Origin: Glaucostegus cemiculus
Lineage: Eukaryota
DNA: 64,000 nt
Assembly: GCA_976551045.1 (NCBI GenBank)
Contig: CDPCPM010000010.1
Location: 7,068,001 to 7,132,000 of the forward strand
Direction: 5' to 3'
A model generated the notes under the pieces. The model had not been told where the DNA came from and ran no database searches. It saw nothing but the letters and a program-made list of their open reading frames with translations. The position numbers were made by a program, and so were the translations under genes. The stretch's first letter is position 1. Every line of letters begins with the position of its first letter. Shown here one piece after another: positions 38,661 to 51,410 of the stretch.

Positions 38661-38912
38661 ATTTTTTAAAAATTTTATTTACAGCGTGGTAACAGGCTCT
38701 TTCGGCTCAACGAGTCCGCGCCGCCCCTTTTAAACCCCTAAATTAACCAACCCGTACGTCTTTTTAGGATGTGGGAGGAAACCGGAGCACCCGGAGGAAA
38801 CCCACACAGACACGGGAGAAAGTACAAACTCCTTACAGTCAGTGACGGGAATTGAACCCCAGTTGCTGGTGCTGTAACAGCGTCGCGCTAACCGCTACGC
38901 TAGCGTGCCGCC
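38661..38912 (-). mobile_element. Young V-domain SINE (HE1-like)
   Basis: Close reverse complement of 15590-15835 with CpGs retained. Confidence 0.92.
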
Positions 38913-39579
38913 AGCTTTAATGCAATTTAAGAGTTGCATTAACTTGCATGGAATGAAGAGCCATACAAAAGGAAATGGCCTGCAATGTACAGGACCGCTT
39001 CATTTTGTGGGTCAGCTTGTTCCCAACTTCCTCGTCTGCACTTTGTGACTGGAATTGAGGGATGCACTGGTGCATATCTGACCGCCTGCTCTGTAGCTGA
39101 ATGCAATACTGACTCTAGGGGTTGAGCTCAATCAAGCCGCGATGAGCCAATTACTCATCATTAGCATAGCACCAGCCTATCACGTTTGACTCCATTAATC
39201 TGAATGGAGTCACCAAACTGGACTGAAAGGGAGGGGCAAGAACGTTGTTTGTTTTTTTGCTAAATAATAAAGTTTATATGTAAATATTTCTATGTATTAA
39301 TGTTTTAATTTTATTTTTTTCAATTGCTTCATTCCTCTCAATCAGTTTTAAATACCTCTGTTGCTCAGACTATTTAAACAGTTCATTGACTTCCAGCACA
39401 GTGCAGTTTCAGAAAGGCCATCTGGGTGGTCTGGGAAGAGATATCAGGATCCACTATTGAGACCTAGTCTGTGCTCTCAGACAGATCCAAAAGCAAGGCT
39501 GAACCTCAAGTTAAACTATAGGGTCATGCAAGGCATTATCCAGATTGAGCATGATCTGACTCAATCAATGTCAGTTTTT

Positions 39580-40250
39580 GGAAAGCATCCATTTCTTGGA
39601 ATGTGGGTGGTTAGGCAAAGTCTGCTTTCACTCCCCATCCCTGCTTTCTTGAAGTGACGCAGTTCTTCTAGGGATAGCAATTCCACGATGCTTTTGGGTA
39701 GGGAGTTCCAGGATTTGGAATGGTACACCATGTAGAACAAGGGTGGTGGAGGAAATGAAAGTTAGGGCGGTTCATTCTGGATGCTTTATCCTGCATGGTG
39801 CTGAGCTTCTTGAGAGTTGATGGAGCTGGACTCATTCAGACATGTGGAGGATACTATATTGACCTTTCGACAAGAGTCACACACTGCAGGGTATTCAAAC
39901 TCTAACCTGTGGTTGTAGCTGCAATATTTAGGTGCCTGGTCTGGTTGAGATTCTGGTGTTATAGTAACCGCCTGGATGCTGATGGTGGGAGACCTTCCAG
40001 TGAGGATGCTATTGAATGCACATGGTAGGGGGCTAGTTTCTGCCTTAATAGATATGGTCGTTGTCTGGCACTTGCAAAGTGAATGTAACTTGCCACCTTT
40101 TAGCCCAGGTCCAGATGGTTCCTAGGTTTTGCTGCATGGGCTGCTTTATTTTCTGAGGACCTGTGACTGTTATTGATCATTGCACAATCGTCCGCGAATG
40201 CTTCCATTTCTGAGCTAATGCTGGAAGGAAGTCATTGATGCAGTTGTAGA
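39580..40250 (-). mobile_element. Decayed LINE of the same clade as 16205-17085
   Basis: Shared blocks (GAGCTTCTTGAGAGTTG.TGGAGCTG.ACTCAT.CAG; GTAAC.TGCCAC.TT.AGCCCA). Confidence 0.65.
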
Positions 40251-42809
40251 CCAAATAAGTGCCTGATTGAACAACCTATATTGTGACTTTAGGCACTCAG
40301 TCCAGGACCCATTCCCAAGCATACATCTTACTTCAGTTTCTTTCATTTTCTATAAAACTACTGCAATCTGTGTTGTTATTTTACAGTACAAGCATCCAGT
40401 AATAAAACGAACTTCCAATATTTAGGCAGGAATTAAATTGTTAAATTGCTTTACAGTCAGGAAATTCCAAACGCAATACCAAGTGATAGTTTCTTCTGTT
40501 TACAGTTTTGTGGGATTTTTAAAAAAATGAATAAAAAACAATGAATATCATGCCATTTAAATGCAAACCCAGCAGTCTTTGAATATTTAACTGTGAAATT
40601 AATTTCCAAGAGAACTGTTTATAATTCCATACCTTCTATCAGTTGATTGCTCCAGATGAAATTATCATTTGATCACAACTGTGATTTGATCTGTGAAGGG
40701 AGGTGACTAATTTGAATCCTGAAAAGTGAAATAGTGCTAAAGCTAGCCGGCAGCTTTTTCCATAGTCTGCTGAGGCTGTAAACAAGGTTTGCAGAGGGAC
40801 AGCTGTGCCAACAGCTGTTAGGCTGTCAGAAGTACCTCACAATGTTGAATGTTATCTGAGTTGGAAGTATGGTTCAATTGCACCAGTTCATCCATTTCAA
40901 ATTGCAGTAAAGTGTCCCTTAGAAAAAAAATGGCCATGTATTAGTTCTCAGTGCTGTTACATTGGCCAAGTTTGACATGCATCAATTTAATTAATGCAGA
41001 TCATCATTTTTAAATAAGACAGGTATTTCTGTGAATTCTGCAACTACTAATTATAAATTTTGGCTGCTATTTACCTTGTGAAGCCAACAGAAGCATGGAC
41101 ATTTGGGTTATCAGAACTTTTAAGAATGAGATTTCAATACTCCATGAAAGTGGCTAAACATCTTTGTTCCCTCTGAAAAAGACAGGAAGCAGCTAATGCA
41201 GTCTCAAGCACAAAATTTACTTTATAAGGGAATGGATCAAAGTTGTTTACGACAAATATATGCTTAAATCAGAGATGTCTCTGTGGTATGATTATCTTCT
41301 CTGCTGCGTTTAAAGGGAAATGTGAATTAATTTCATTATTGGCAATAGTTGTTTAGCTCCTTTGACACTGCCTCCAAGGCAAGGACACAAGCTATAGTAC
41401 AAAGCAAATCCAAATATAAACATGATGTTGGAAATACTCAGTAGATCATGCAGCATCCGTGGAGGGCGAAACAGGGGATGACCCAACAGGTATTGAACTG
41501 GGAGGAAGTTGTTAACAGTTCAAACAGCTGGGGTGTAATGTAATAGCTTGGGGGAGGGAGTGGGGGTGGGGGGAGGGAGGATGCCTTTGGAGTTGGGAGA
41601 GATCAGGGATTTCCTTCAGAGGGAGCACTTGTGTCCTCCTTGACAATACAGAATGTAAGAGGAGCTATTTATCCTTGGGGAGCTAACAGCTCCAGCCTGG
41701 AATCAGCTGCCATGAACCCTGCAGTTTTGGTTTTGCTTGATGGAGGCCCACTTGCGTTTTGTGGGTTCTTCACGCACAGCCCGATCCCAGTCCTTCAATA
41801 TTTAACATTTTAAATGGGGGCTGCTCAATAGGGTTGAAGCTGTTCAATGATGATGTTTAATGCTATTCCAACCACTCGCCCATCCTCTGACTCAACAAGA
41901 CAACTTCAAAAAAAAAATCATTTTATCTTGAGGTACTTGATACTTTCTCTCTGACATAAGCAAAAAAAATTTTATTTTTTTTTGGAAAACAGACTGGTAA
42001 TGCAAATATATAATGTGATCAAATATAAAAAGACTTTGGATCTTTTAAACAAAAAAAATTATCTGCTAGCTTTACAGAGAGATTATATTTTGTGTAAAAT
42101 GCTCCTCCTGTACCAAAGACAGATGGATGGTTTGCAGTAAGGTTACAAAAACCTGCACTGTTGTTTAAATTTGTTAACTTGAGGCTTGGAAATATAATCT
42201 TACCCAGCTTAATGATTACTTTCTCCATTACAAAGTAGCATTCCCATTGGACTTGTGAGGTGTAATTTAGTGTGTTTACATGATAAATTGTCAAGTTTTG
42301 CACACATGAATGCACAACTCAAATTTGGTTTTAAATGAATGAGCCTAATCCACCGGGAATGAAGACACATTTAACAAGCGGAAGGTTTTTGCAACTGAAA
42401 ATTTTCAGAACTAAGTTTGCTATTCACATCTATAAGTATTTATAACAGCTTTAAAAGAAATATTCATTACCTGTGGATGTTACAGGCGAGGTTGGCATTT
42501 ATTGTCCATCACGAATTGCTCCTGACTAAGTTGATCACTAGAGTCAACCAGCTTGAGCAAAGGTGGCAGATGTCCTTCAGGGAAGGCAATCAGTGAACCA
42601 GATAGGTTTCTAAACAACAAATCAGTAGTTTCATGGTTATTGTTAATGACGCCAGCATTTTAAAATAATCCTGATTAATTTAATTACTTGAATTTAGATT
42701 CCCCAACTACCATGGTGGGTGGAGTGATCCAGAGATCAGAGTCATACAGAGATACCCATTGAAAGAAGTCCTTCAGCCCATGGTGTAGGCACCAACCAAC
42801 AACATCCCA

Positions 42810-43045
42810 GTTATATTTAAAAGAGACATCAGGGGCAGCTGCTTCATGAAAAGGGGTGGTGCATATTTGGAATGAGCTGCCAGAAATAGTGGTTAAGATG
42901 GGAACATTAGCAACATTGAAAAGCCATCTAGATAAGCACATGGATAGGAGAGATTTAGAGGGTTGTGGGCCAAATGTGGGTAGATGAGACTAGCTCGCTG
43001 GGCGACACACTCAGCATAGACCAGTTGGGCTGAAGGGCCTGTTTG
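42810..43045 (+). mobile_element. CR1 3' fragment
   Basis: TGGAATGAGCTGCCAGA...GGGCTGAAGGGCCTGTT...TGACTCTATGACT. Confidence 0.75.
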
Positions 43046-43049
43046 CATG

Positions 43050-43350
43050 CTGTACGACTCTATGACTACATCAATCATTCTTTATTTAAATTATTCTCCC
43101 CACATTCTCATGAAATCTCCTCCCCCACCGATTCTACCACTTACCTATACACCAGGGATAATTTACAATGGCCAATTATTCTACCAACCTGAATGTCTTT
43201 GGGATGTGGGAGAAAACTGGAGCTTCAGAAGAAAACCCTTGCAGTCACAGAGGGAATGTGCAAATGTCACACAAACAGTAACCGAGGTCAGGATTGAACC
43301 TGGGTCTCAGGTGTTCTACTGGCTGTAAATCCAATAATTTCGCCACTGAG
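43050..43350 (-). mobile_element. Older V-domain SINE
   Basis: TCTTTGGGATGTGGGAG.AAACTGGAGC...GGGAATGTGCAAA...GGATTGAACCTGGGTC. Confidence 0.7.
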
Positions 43351-43559
43351 GTATTCTACCCTTGCAATAAAGGCTAAATTGCTGTAAAGACAGTGCATCA
43401 ATTCACATTGGTCATGGGCTGCACTAAATTGTTTCCCAGGCCAGTTTAATATCAAATAGACGAGATGGTATCATGCAAAGGCACTCTTAAAAGTAAAATT
43501 AACTATGATTGACATCAACTTCATTCTGAGCACTACTGAAATAGCAGAGAGAAGGAATA

Positions 43560-43703
43560 TTGAACGCTACCTCATTATTTCTCTCTTGCACTATTTTTGT
43601 AACTTATAGTAATTTTTACGTCTATGTCTTGCACTGTACTGCTGCTACAAAACAACAAATTTCACGACATCTGTCAGGGATAATAAACCTTATTCTGATT
43701 CTG
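43560..43703 (+). mobile_element. Rex/Babar-like 3' tail
   Basis: GCACTGTACTGCTGC.ACAAAACAACAAATTTCACGAC...AATAAACC followed by ATTCTGATTCTGA. Confidence 0.55.
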
Positions 43704-43974
43704 AAGTTTATCCCACTTTTCAAGTGTGCAATGATTTCCCTCAAGGCCATCTCTGCCACCTTTTGTATTCCCTGCCGCTGCCACCAATGGCCCTCATAAC
43801 AGAGCACTGAAACACACTTACTAGGCCAAAGCATCTTCCAATAGTATTGGAAAGGCATTCCTTTGATGGGGTTCAAGTCCTCATGAGAATTAACCTCCAA
43901 GTTCACAGTGGAGTAGTGACTAAAATAATGATCAAAGTCAGCTCTTAGTTTCACCTTCTTGGTATTTAAAGCTA

Positions 43975-44220
43975 AATTTTTAAATTTAAATTTTATTTAC
44001 AGCGTGGTAACAGGCCCTTTTGGCCCAACGAGTCCGCGCCACCCATTTTAAACCCCCAAATTAACTTGCCCGTATGTCTTTCAGAATGTGGGAGGAAACC
44101 GGAGGAAACGCACACAGACACGGGGAGAACGTACAAACTCCTTAGTCAGCGACGGGAATCGAACCCCGATCGCTGGCGCTGTAACAGTGTCACGCTAACC
44201 GCTACGCTATCGTGCCGCCC
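43975..44220 (-). mobile_element. Young V-domain SINE (HE1-like)
   Basis: Reverse complement of the 15590 family with small internal deletions. Confidence 0.92.
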
Positions 44221-44724
44221 CCAGTAATGTCCAAGGCCTTACCAGTGAGATCCTGAGCAGTGGCAAGGTCTTGAGTGATGTAATATCACTACATAGGTGG
44301 CCCAAACAAGTCATACCAAAAGAAACAACTGAAAGGAACTTTAGCTGGGTGACTAGCCCACACCCCTGCTTTGTCATCTTTAACCCTGCACGTTGCTTTA
44401 AGTGTATTTCTGACATTCAGAAACAAAGATATTCAAAATTACTTAAAAAACAATTGAGAAGACCAATCAAATACATATAAATAACAAACAATTAAATAAA
44501 TTAACTAAACGAAACTCAATTGAAAAACAAAAACATATATTGATTAATTACACTTATCCATCACAGCCATTTTATTGCATTCAAATGAATGGACTCCACT
44601 GTTCCTGTGAGAGATCTAACCTGGCACAGGTTCAAATGAGCCATTTCCCTTTAAGTGTTGGGGAATTGTCGCAATTTCGTGCTCGGCCACTTGCTCTGTG
44701 AGGATTCTAACACAGTTGGCCAAA

Positions 44725-45090
44725 TGCCAACAAAGATGCCACACAGTAGCAGCAGTTTGTACCCTCTCCACGATGCACCTCAGCAACTCACCAAGACTCC
44801 TTCCAAACCCAAGAACCTCTACCAACTAAAGGGACAAGGACAGCAAAAGTACTAAACACCACCACCTAGAAGTTGCCCTCCAAGCCACACGCCATTCTGA
44901 CTAGCAAATATTGTTATTCCTTCACTGGCACGGGGTCAAAATCTGGAATTGCCTCCCTAACTGGTATACCCACACCTCAAGGACTGCAGTAGTTTAAAGC
45001 AGCTCACCACCAACTTCTCAAGGGAAATTAGGGATACACAACTAAATGCTGGCTCAGCCTGCGAAGCACACATCCCTTGAATGAACAAAA
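44725..45090 (+). mobile_element. LINE 3' end, same clade as 16205-17085
   Basis: GCAGCTCACCACCAACTTCTCAAGGG.AATTAGGGAT...TAAATGCTGGC...CACATCCC.TGAATGAA. Confidence 0.7.
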
Positions 45091-45688
45091 TAGCTTGTGC
45101 GTGAATTGGCGCCAAATTGGAGAAGTACCATCAGTTTTAAGGGAGCACTTCCCAGCAAGTTCTAACCCAATGATGCGCGGTTAGAGGTTAAGACCTAACG
45201 TATCAGATATTTCAATCCCTGAGTTTAGTTGTCTTGTCCTTAGTTGTTGCAGGGTCCTCATTACAGTACTACAATTAACGTGGCTTTCCTTACAGTTAAG
45301 TCTAGACCTGGCTGCCTACAAGAAAATCTCAAGATCCATGTTGCCAAGTCCTTGCTTCACACTCAAATTAGAGTTAACAGTCACATAGTTTCAACCCAGT
45401 TCTGATCAGTCCAGCTATGTGACTCGTAAACACAGATAAATCCTAATTGATAGACATAGGGACATGTTTTCAATATGTTGTACTATTTGTCTATTTCATT
45501 TATCATTACTTTAGTGCACTTCTAAATGGTGTGTTGAACCTTGTTCAATCCCTCACATCAAATATTTTTCTCATTGTTATGGAACTTGCCTGATGTCTAA
45601 TAACTTCTGTCTAATGTACATATGATAGGGTCATATGGCACAGAAACAGGCCCTTCAGCCCACTGCCTGCACTGACCAGCAACCACTC

Positions 45689-46018
45689 AGAGTGGACAGT
45701 CAGAGACTTTTTCCCAGGGTGACAATGGCTAACACAAAAGGGACATAATTTTAAGGTGTTTGGAGGAAGGTATAAAGGGGATGTCAGGAGTAAGTTCTTT
45801 ACACAAAGAGTGATGGGTGTATGGAATGCACTGCCGGCAGAGGTTGTGGGGGCAGATACATTAGGGACATTTAAGAGACGCTTAGATAGACACATGAATG
45901 ATAGAGGAATGGAAGGTTGTGTGGGAGGGAAGAGTTAGATAGATCTCAGAGCAGGATAAAATGTCAGAACAACATTATGGGCTGAAGGGCCTGTACTGTG
46001 CTGTAGTGTTCTATGTTC
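45689..46018 (+). mobile_element. 5'-truncated CR1 (subfamily C) inside an older minus-strand SINE (45628-46530)
   Basis: ORF 45756-45938 GGRYKGDVRSKFFTQRVMGVWNALPAEVV; tail ...GTGTTCTATGTTC. Confidence 0.88.
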
Positions 46019-46145
46019 ACCCATCTACACTAATCCCATTGTTTTTATTCTCCTATCAACTCTTAGTTCCCTCCTCACCCCCCCCAACCCCCATCCCCAT
46101 TCACCTTTACATTACAGGCAATTTACAGTGGCAGTTCACTTACCA

Positions 46146-46355
46146 ACAGCGCCAGCGATCGGGGTTCGATTCCCGTCGCTGACTGTAAGGAGTTTGTATG
46201 TTCTCCCATGTCTGCGTGGGTCCCCTCCGGGTGCTCCGGTCTCCTCCCACATTCTAAAAGACGTATGGGTAGGTTAATTTGGGGTTTAAAATGGGCGGCG
46301 TGGACTCGTTGGGCCGAAAGGGCCTGTTACCACGCTGTAAATAAAATTTAAAATT
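46146..46355 (+). mobile_element. 5'-truncated young V-domain SINE
   Basis: Starts just before the B box (GGTTCGATTCCC); the rest matches the 15590 family. Confidence 0.9.
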
Positions 46356-47609
46356 AATGAAAAAAAATTCAAACATGCATGACTTTGGGACGTGGGGAGA
46401 CATTACAACACCCAGAGCAAACCCATGCAGCCACTGAGAGAGCGTACAAACTCCACGCAGACAGCACTGATGTCAGGACTGAACCTGCTTTGCTATACCT
46501 GGGAGGCAGCAACTATTAGCGGTGACACCCCAAATAGATGCAACAATATTCAAATGTGACCAAGCAAGGTAAATTTAATTTGTGGTATGGATTGTTTCTT
46601 TTCTCTGTGCAACAGTGACCCTTCCATTCTGATATTTCTTACTTTTCATTCACAGTAGAATGTCCTTCAAGTACTAGGGATACAGAATGTATGTGCAGAG
46701 CACTGGGAGCCAACAGAAGGGATCATCAATGTAGAAATTATAGTAACACTGCTGTTATAATTCATGTCACACTTTTCCAGGATGTGGCTTAGGCATGTAG
46801 AACTTAAACTGTTGCTTATTTTAAACCCTGGCTCTAACAGTTGCACATGTTGGGAAATTCTGAAGACCTGCAGTACAAAACTGACTTACAAACATTTAGG
46901 GATATGAATCGTGTGTGTGTGGATTAATTTTTTAATTATGGCTCCCCAATCAGTCCAGATTTAATCAAACTGTCAAGGCTATTTTTGAACGTTTTACACC
47001 TTGTGGCTTACAGTCAACATTCAGCAATTGCCTGCACCTGTGGACAGGTATCAGAGGGAATTTCAACTTCTCAGTTTCAGTTAGTGTTGCTGGAGTGAAA
47101 CTAATGTAAAAACATTGTATGGGTTGGATTTCCCTGGCACTTTTGATTGCTGTGTGCAGTGATGCAAGGTTTAAATTGAACATTTGTGGGAAAAAGCAGA
47201 TCAATAAACTCCATTTGCTAGTTGGTATGTATCCTGTGTAGATTGAAGTCACTAAAAAAGCTTGAGTATCCAACTGAGCCAATTGCTAAGCGTAGACTTG
47301 CTTCAGATGAAGTATTTTTTTCTGTCATCTCAGTACAGTTAAAAATTGAACAATTACGCACATTTGGAATCACACCTCACCAGTGTTAATGCAGAGTAGG
47401 CTATTGATGGAGTAAAGTTCCCTCTACTCTTCCTCATGATGTATCCTGCAAATGCTCAATAGCACATCCTCTCTGTTCCCGTTGTTCCTTTCCAAATTCT
47501 CCATCATACACCATATAACTTCTGAAAGAAAAGCTGTCATTTTGTTCTCAGTCGTGGGTGTGGATCTGAAGCCACAGCGGCCTTAATGAGGAATTAAGAA
47601 ATTTGTTTC

Positions 47610-48056
47610 ATGTAGAAAGCACTGGACTCTGCCCAATACATCACAGGCACATCTCTCCCCACCACCAATAGTATCTACAGGAGGTGCTGCCTCAAGAAGG
47701 CAACATCCATCATCAAAGATCCCCACCAAATAGGCCGGGCCATCTTCTCACAGCTCCCATCTCAGGCAGGAGGTACAGAAGCCTGAAGTCCCACACCACC
47801 AGGTTCAAGAACAGTGACTTCCCTTCAACCATTTGGTTCTTGAACCAACTGGCACAACCCTAATTGCCACTGCACTATGGCCACTCTGATCACTTTGCAC
47901 TAAAACAGACTTTGATCTATGTTTGATTTAGGTTTTTTTTGTGAATGCTGCTTATGTGATGCTATGTGCCTGTGATGCTGCTGCAAGTAAGGTTTTTCAT
48001 TGCACCAGTGCACACTTGTGCTTGTGCATATGGCAATTAACTTGATTTTGACTTTG
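47610..48056 (+). mobile_element. Older Rex1/Babar-like LINE 3' fragment
   Basis: Encodes CLKKATSIIKDPH...GRRYRSLKSHTTRFKNS.FP-like peptide; tail ...TTGACTTTGA. Confidence 0.75.
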
Positions 48057-48198
48057 AAGTATATCCTTTCTTAAATGAGACACAAACTGGACACAGAACT
48101 CCAGGTCTGAACTCACCAACCTCCTGTTATTACAACAAGACAATTTTTTCTCCAGACAGTAAGAATTCGTGTTTGGTCATCATTGATAAATATGTGTC

Positions 48199-48598
48199 CA
48201 CAAGACCAAAAGACACAGGAGCAGGATTAGGCCTTTCGGCCCATCAAGTCTGCTCTGCCATTCGATCATGGCTGATTTATTTTTCCCTCTCGATCCCATT
48301 CTCCTGTCTTCTCCCCTTAACCCTTTGACACCCTTACTAATCAAGAACCTATCAACCTCCAGTTTAAATATACTCAATGTCTTGACCTCCGCAGCTATCT
48401 ATGGCAATAAATTCCACAGATTCACCACCCTCTGGCTAAAGAAATTCCTCCTCATCTCTCTTCTAAAGGGAAGTCCTTCTATTTCTGAGGCTGTGCCCTC
48501 TGGTCCTAGACTCTCCCACTACTGGAAACATCCTCTCCACCTCCACTCTATCCAGCCCTTTCAATATTCAGTAGGTGTCAATGAGATTGCCCCTCATC
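48199..48598 (-). mobile_element. 5'-truncated CR1 (subfamily D)
   Basis: AAATTCCACAGATTCACCACCCTCTGGCTAAAGAAATTCCTCC (reverse FF.QRVVNLWN) plus the 3' UTR. Confidence 0.88.
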
Positions 48599-50195
48599 AG
48601 AGAATTGTTTGTCAATTGCTGTCATCTCCACACATTTGAATCCATTGAGTTCAAAATGGAGTGAATATACATGTTGCAGCATTGGAGAAGTCTTGGAATA
48701 ACATGACACATTCTGCTCCCTGCATATGAATCTACAGGCCCAGCTTTTCCTTCAGATGAAGGCAGCTGCCATTGGATTCATAAGCTAGGCAGTGAACTCT
48801 GTAGACCTCCAGGGACGATTAGTGAAAAAGCTAGTGCCTACTAGTACTATAAGAAGGAACAGCATCAAGTGACACATATTTTACCAATGATACCAGGCTC
48901 AGGATCAGCGAGGGGGGGGGGGGCTATCATATGATTTTGTTTAGACTCTAATGTGGGTCCATTGTTAGGATGCAAATGAGGTGAGAAACCATGAATACTC
49001 CACCTGGAGCAAAGATCTCTGCTCTTAATTGGTGGATAAGTCCTTGTCTACTGTCGGTGTCCCAGTTTATGCGTTCAGTGTTCTCACAGTGTAGGAACCT
49101 CATTTCCATAAAATTTCTCTGTTAATGTGTTGAACTGTGCAGCAAGGAGAGCAGGTAAAAGCATGAATGAGGCTGAGTTACGGAACACATTACTCCCTGT
49201 AGGCTCGAAGTGTAACAGATTTTTCAACGTTTTGATTGGAAGAAAGGCAGGTTTATTTAAAGATCTTGGATGAGGGATAAATTGGTTTTTACTTTGGGGA
49301 AAGATTATGTTTCCCTTCCCAATATGACAGCAAATCACAATGGAGAAAGGCTATAAAAAAAGAAAGAGTATTAAAAAGTTGTTCTTTCACCCTTCCTTTC
49401 ATCACGTGCTACATCAAATAGCTTTGATGGAATTGTTTCCAAAAAAGTGACCAATAGCATGGCACCATTTGTATTTCTTTAACAGAACAGTTCTGACTGC
49501 GGAAAGCAGATGTGGACAAATTTGCATGTTTCAATGTAATGGGGTAAATAAACAAGGCTAATTAATTCACCTGGTGCAATAGTACCTTGTCTTTCACATG
49601 GGCGATGTTGAACATGAGAAATAAAGAAAAGAAAAGTTCTTTTCTGATTAGATTTTCCATCATTTAGATGCGGTTCCTAACACAAACTAACTTGTGACAT
49701 GCGGTATGAACAGTAAAGTTCAAGTGACCAGATAACTAATATCAAGCATGTATTTCTTTTAAATGAAGAAAATTGTAATAAATGTATGATCAAAGAAAAA
49801 GAAAGCCATATACAAAGAAAAGTTTTTCTACCAAATGCATCCTTGCTTGGATTACGTCCAGAGTACGTGTCTATTTCTGTGCCCTGAACCTAGGAAACGA
49901 TATCGAGTGGCTGCTGACAAAGTGGAGAGCATGTCACTAGAACTCTGCTGGTTGGATTATACAGAATTTTTACCCTGAAATATATAGTAGGTCACAGGGC
50001 AGGCAGCACCCTATGATTCATAAAGGGCTGGTGAAGAAATAATGACACTAAAATTGTTTTTAGTGTCCCTAATATCATCTTATTGATGGTTACATTACAA
50101 AGCAACATTCCTAGCTAAGTGCACACAGATAACACAGAAGCAAAAGGCCTTAAAGCAATTACAGCCTTTTCTGCTATTCAAGAAGTCATGGTTGT

Positions 50196-50460
50196 CTGGA
50201 GGAACTCAGCAGGTCAGGCACCATCTCTGGTGGGGAAATAAACAGTTGACATTTTGGATCAAGTCCTTTCATTGGGACTTGAGCTTCCTTTCCTTTGCAG
50301 TCCTGATGAAGAATCTCGACTAAAACGTCAACTGTTCTTTCCCCCCCCCCCCTCCCTCCCTCCCTCCCTCCCTCCCTCCCTTTGTAGATGCTGCCTGACC
50401 TGCTGGGTTACTCCAGCATTTTGTGTGAGTGTCACTTCAGATTGCAGCATCTGCAGGGTT
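50196..50460. mobile_element. Inverted pair of Penelope-like pseudo-LTRs
   Basis: 50196-50279 is an imperfect reverse complement of 50299-50416; a (CCCT)n expansion sits at 50341-50380. Confidence 0.75.
50298..50334 (+). ncRNA. Degenerate minimal type-I hammerhead ribozyme motif
   Basis: CAGTC-CTGATGA-agaatctcgact-AAAA-CG-TC-AACTG: CUGAUGA core and GUC triplet intact, GAAA changed to AAAA, helix II eroded. Confidence 0.55.
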
Positions 50461-50604
50461 TCTTGTGTCATGGTTGATCTGTATTTTATCACTATCTACT
50501 TTCTTAGTTTCATATTATTGGCTAACAAAAAACAAATTATCTACTGCTTTTTGAGGAAAGTCTTCCCACACTTGTGATGCTTGTGTCCATCATGGTGATA
50601 CTTT

Positions 50605-51410
50605 AAATTCTAACCTGAGTTCACATTCCACTTGGGAGACTTAAGCCCAATGATTTAGGCTGATGCTTCAGATCAGTACTGAAGGAATGCAGTGCTATCA
50701 GAGTGACTGTCACCATGTTGATTGAAGAGCAAGCTCACAGAGAACCCAAATGCAGCACACAGGTACAAGACTGAAGTCAGGAGACTTCCTCAGGACCAAA
50801 CACAGGCAGCAACTGGAAGGAAGTCTTGCCTCAGAAATCAGAGTAGTAATCCCAACACAAACTGAATCTTCAAGCAGGAATAGAGAACACAGGACTGCTC
50901 TGGAGTAGACCACTCTAAGCAGCTAGGAGCCAACAGTTGACCAATCCTCTGGCAACTAGTGCTAGCGAACCCCAGGTACTTATGCTAGGCCCCTGATGGG
51001 GCTCAGGTGGGTGTCATTGTGCAATCAGTCCAGCATGGAATCCATGTGCTGTACAACGAGGCATCTAAGGAACCAAATCAAGGGCCAGTACTCAAAATCA
51101 TGACAGTGACATCCTTTAAAGGACATGAATGAGGAGTCCCATCTGTTCTCAAGTGGTGATAAAAGATCCCACAACATGAACTCAAGAGTAATGGAGTTCT
51201 TCCACATTGCCCAACTAATCTTAACCTGAGCAAACTGCTAGAGGCAGATTCTCTGGCCACTATCATATTGATGTTGTGAGATCTTACTGCACACGTTAGT
51301 TGTGTTATTTCCTACTTTGCTACAGACCACAAAATGTTGACAGTAAAGCACATTGGTTGTACCAATTGTGAAGCACCTACTGCATATAAATGGAAATCTC
51401 TTTTCTACTG
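50605..51410 (+). mobile_element. Old Deu-domain SINE (SacSINE1/AmnSINE1-like) split by an LTR
   Basis: GAGACTT.AGC...TAGGCTGA...CAGTACTGA.GGA.TGC before the LTR; AAAAGATCCCA...GGAGTTCT...CAGATT.TCTGG.CA.TATCA.ATTG...TATAAATG after it. Confidence 0.6.
50708..51105 (-). mobile_element. Solo LTR, copy 4
   Basis: TGTCA...TGACA; perfect TSD GTGAC at 50703-50707 and 51106-51110. Confidence 0.9.

Noticed and set aside
2230-49092. Scattered CACAGTG heptamers as possible V(D)J recombination signals
   Set aside because: None of those I checked has an ACAAAAACC-like nonamer at 12 or 23 bp, and no Ig or TCR segments are visible.
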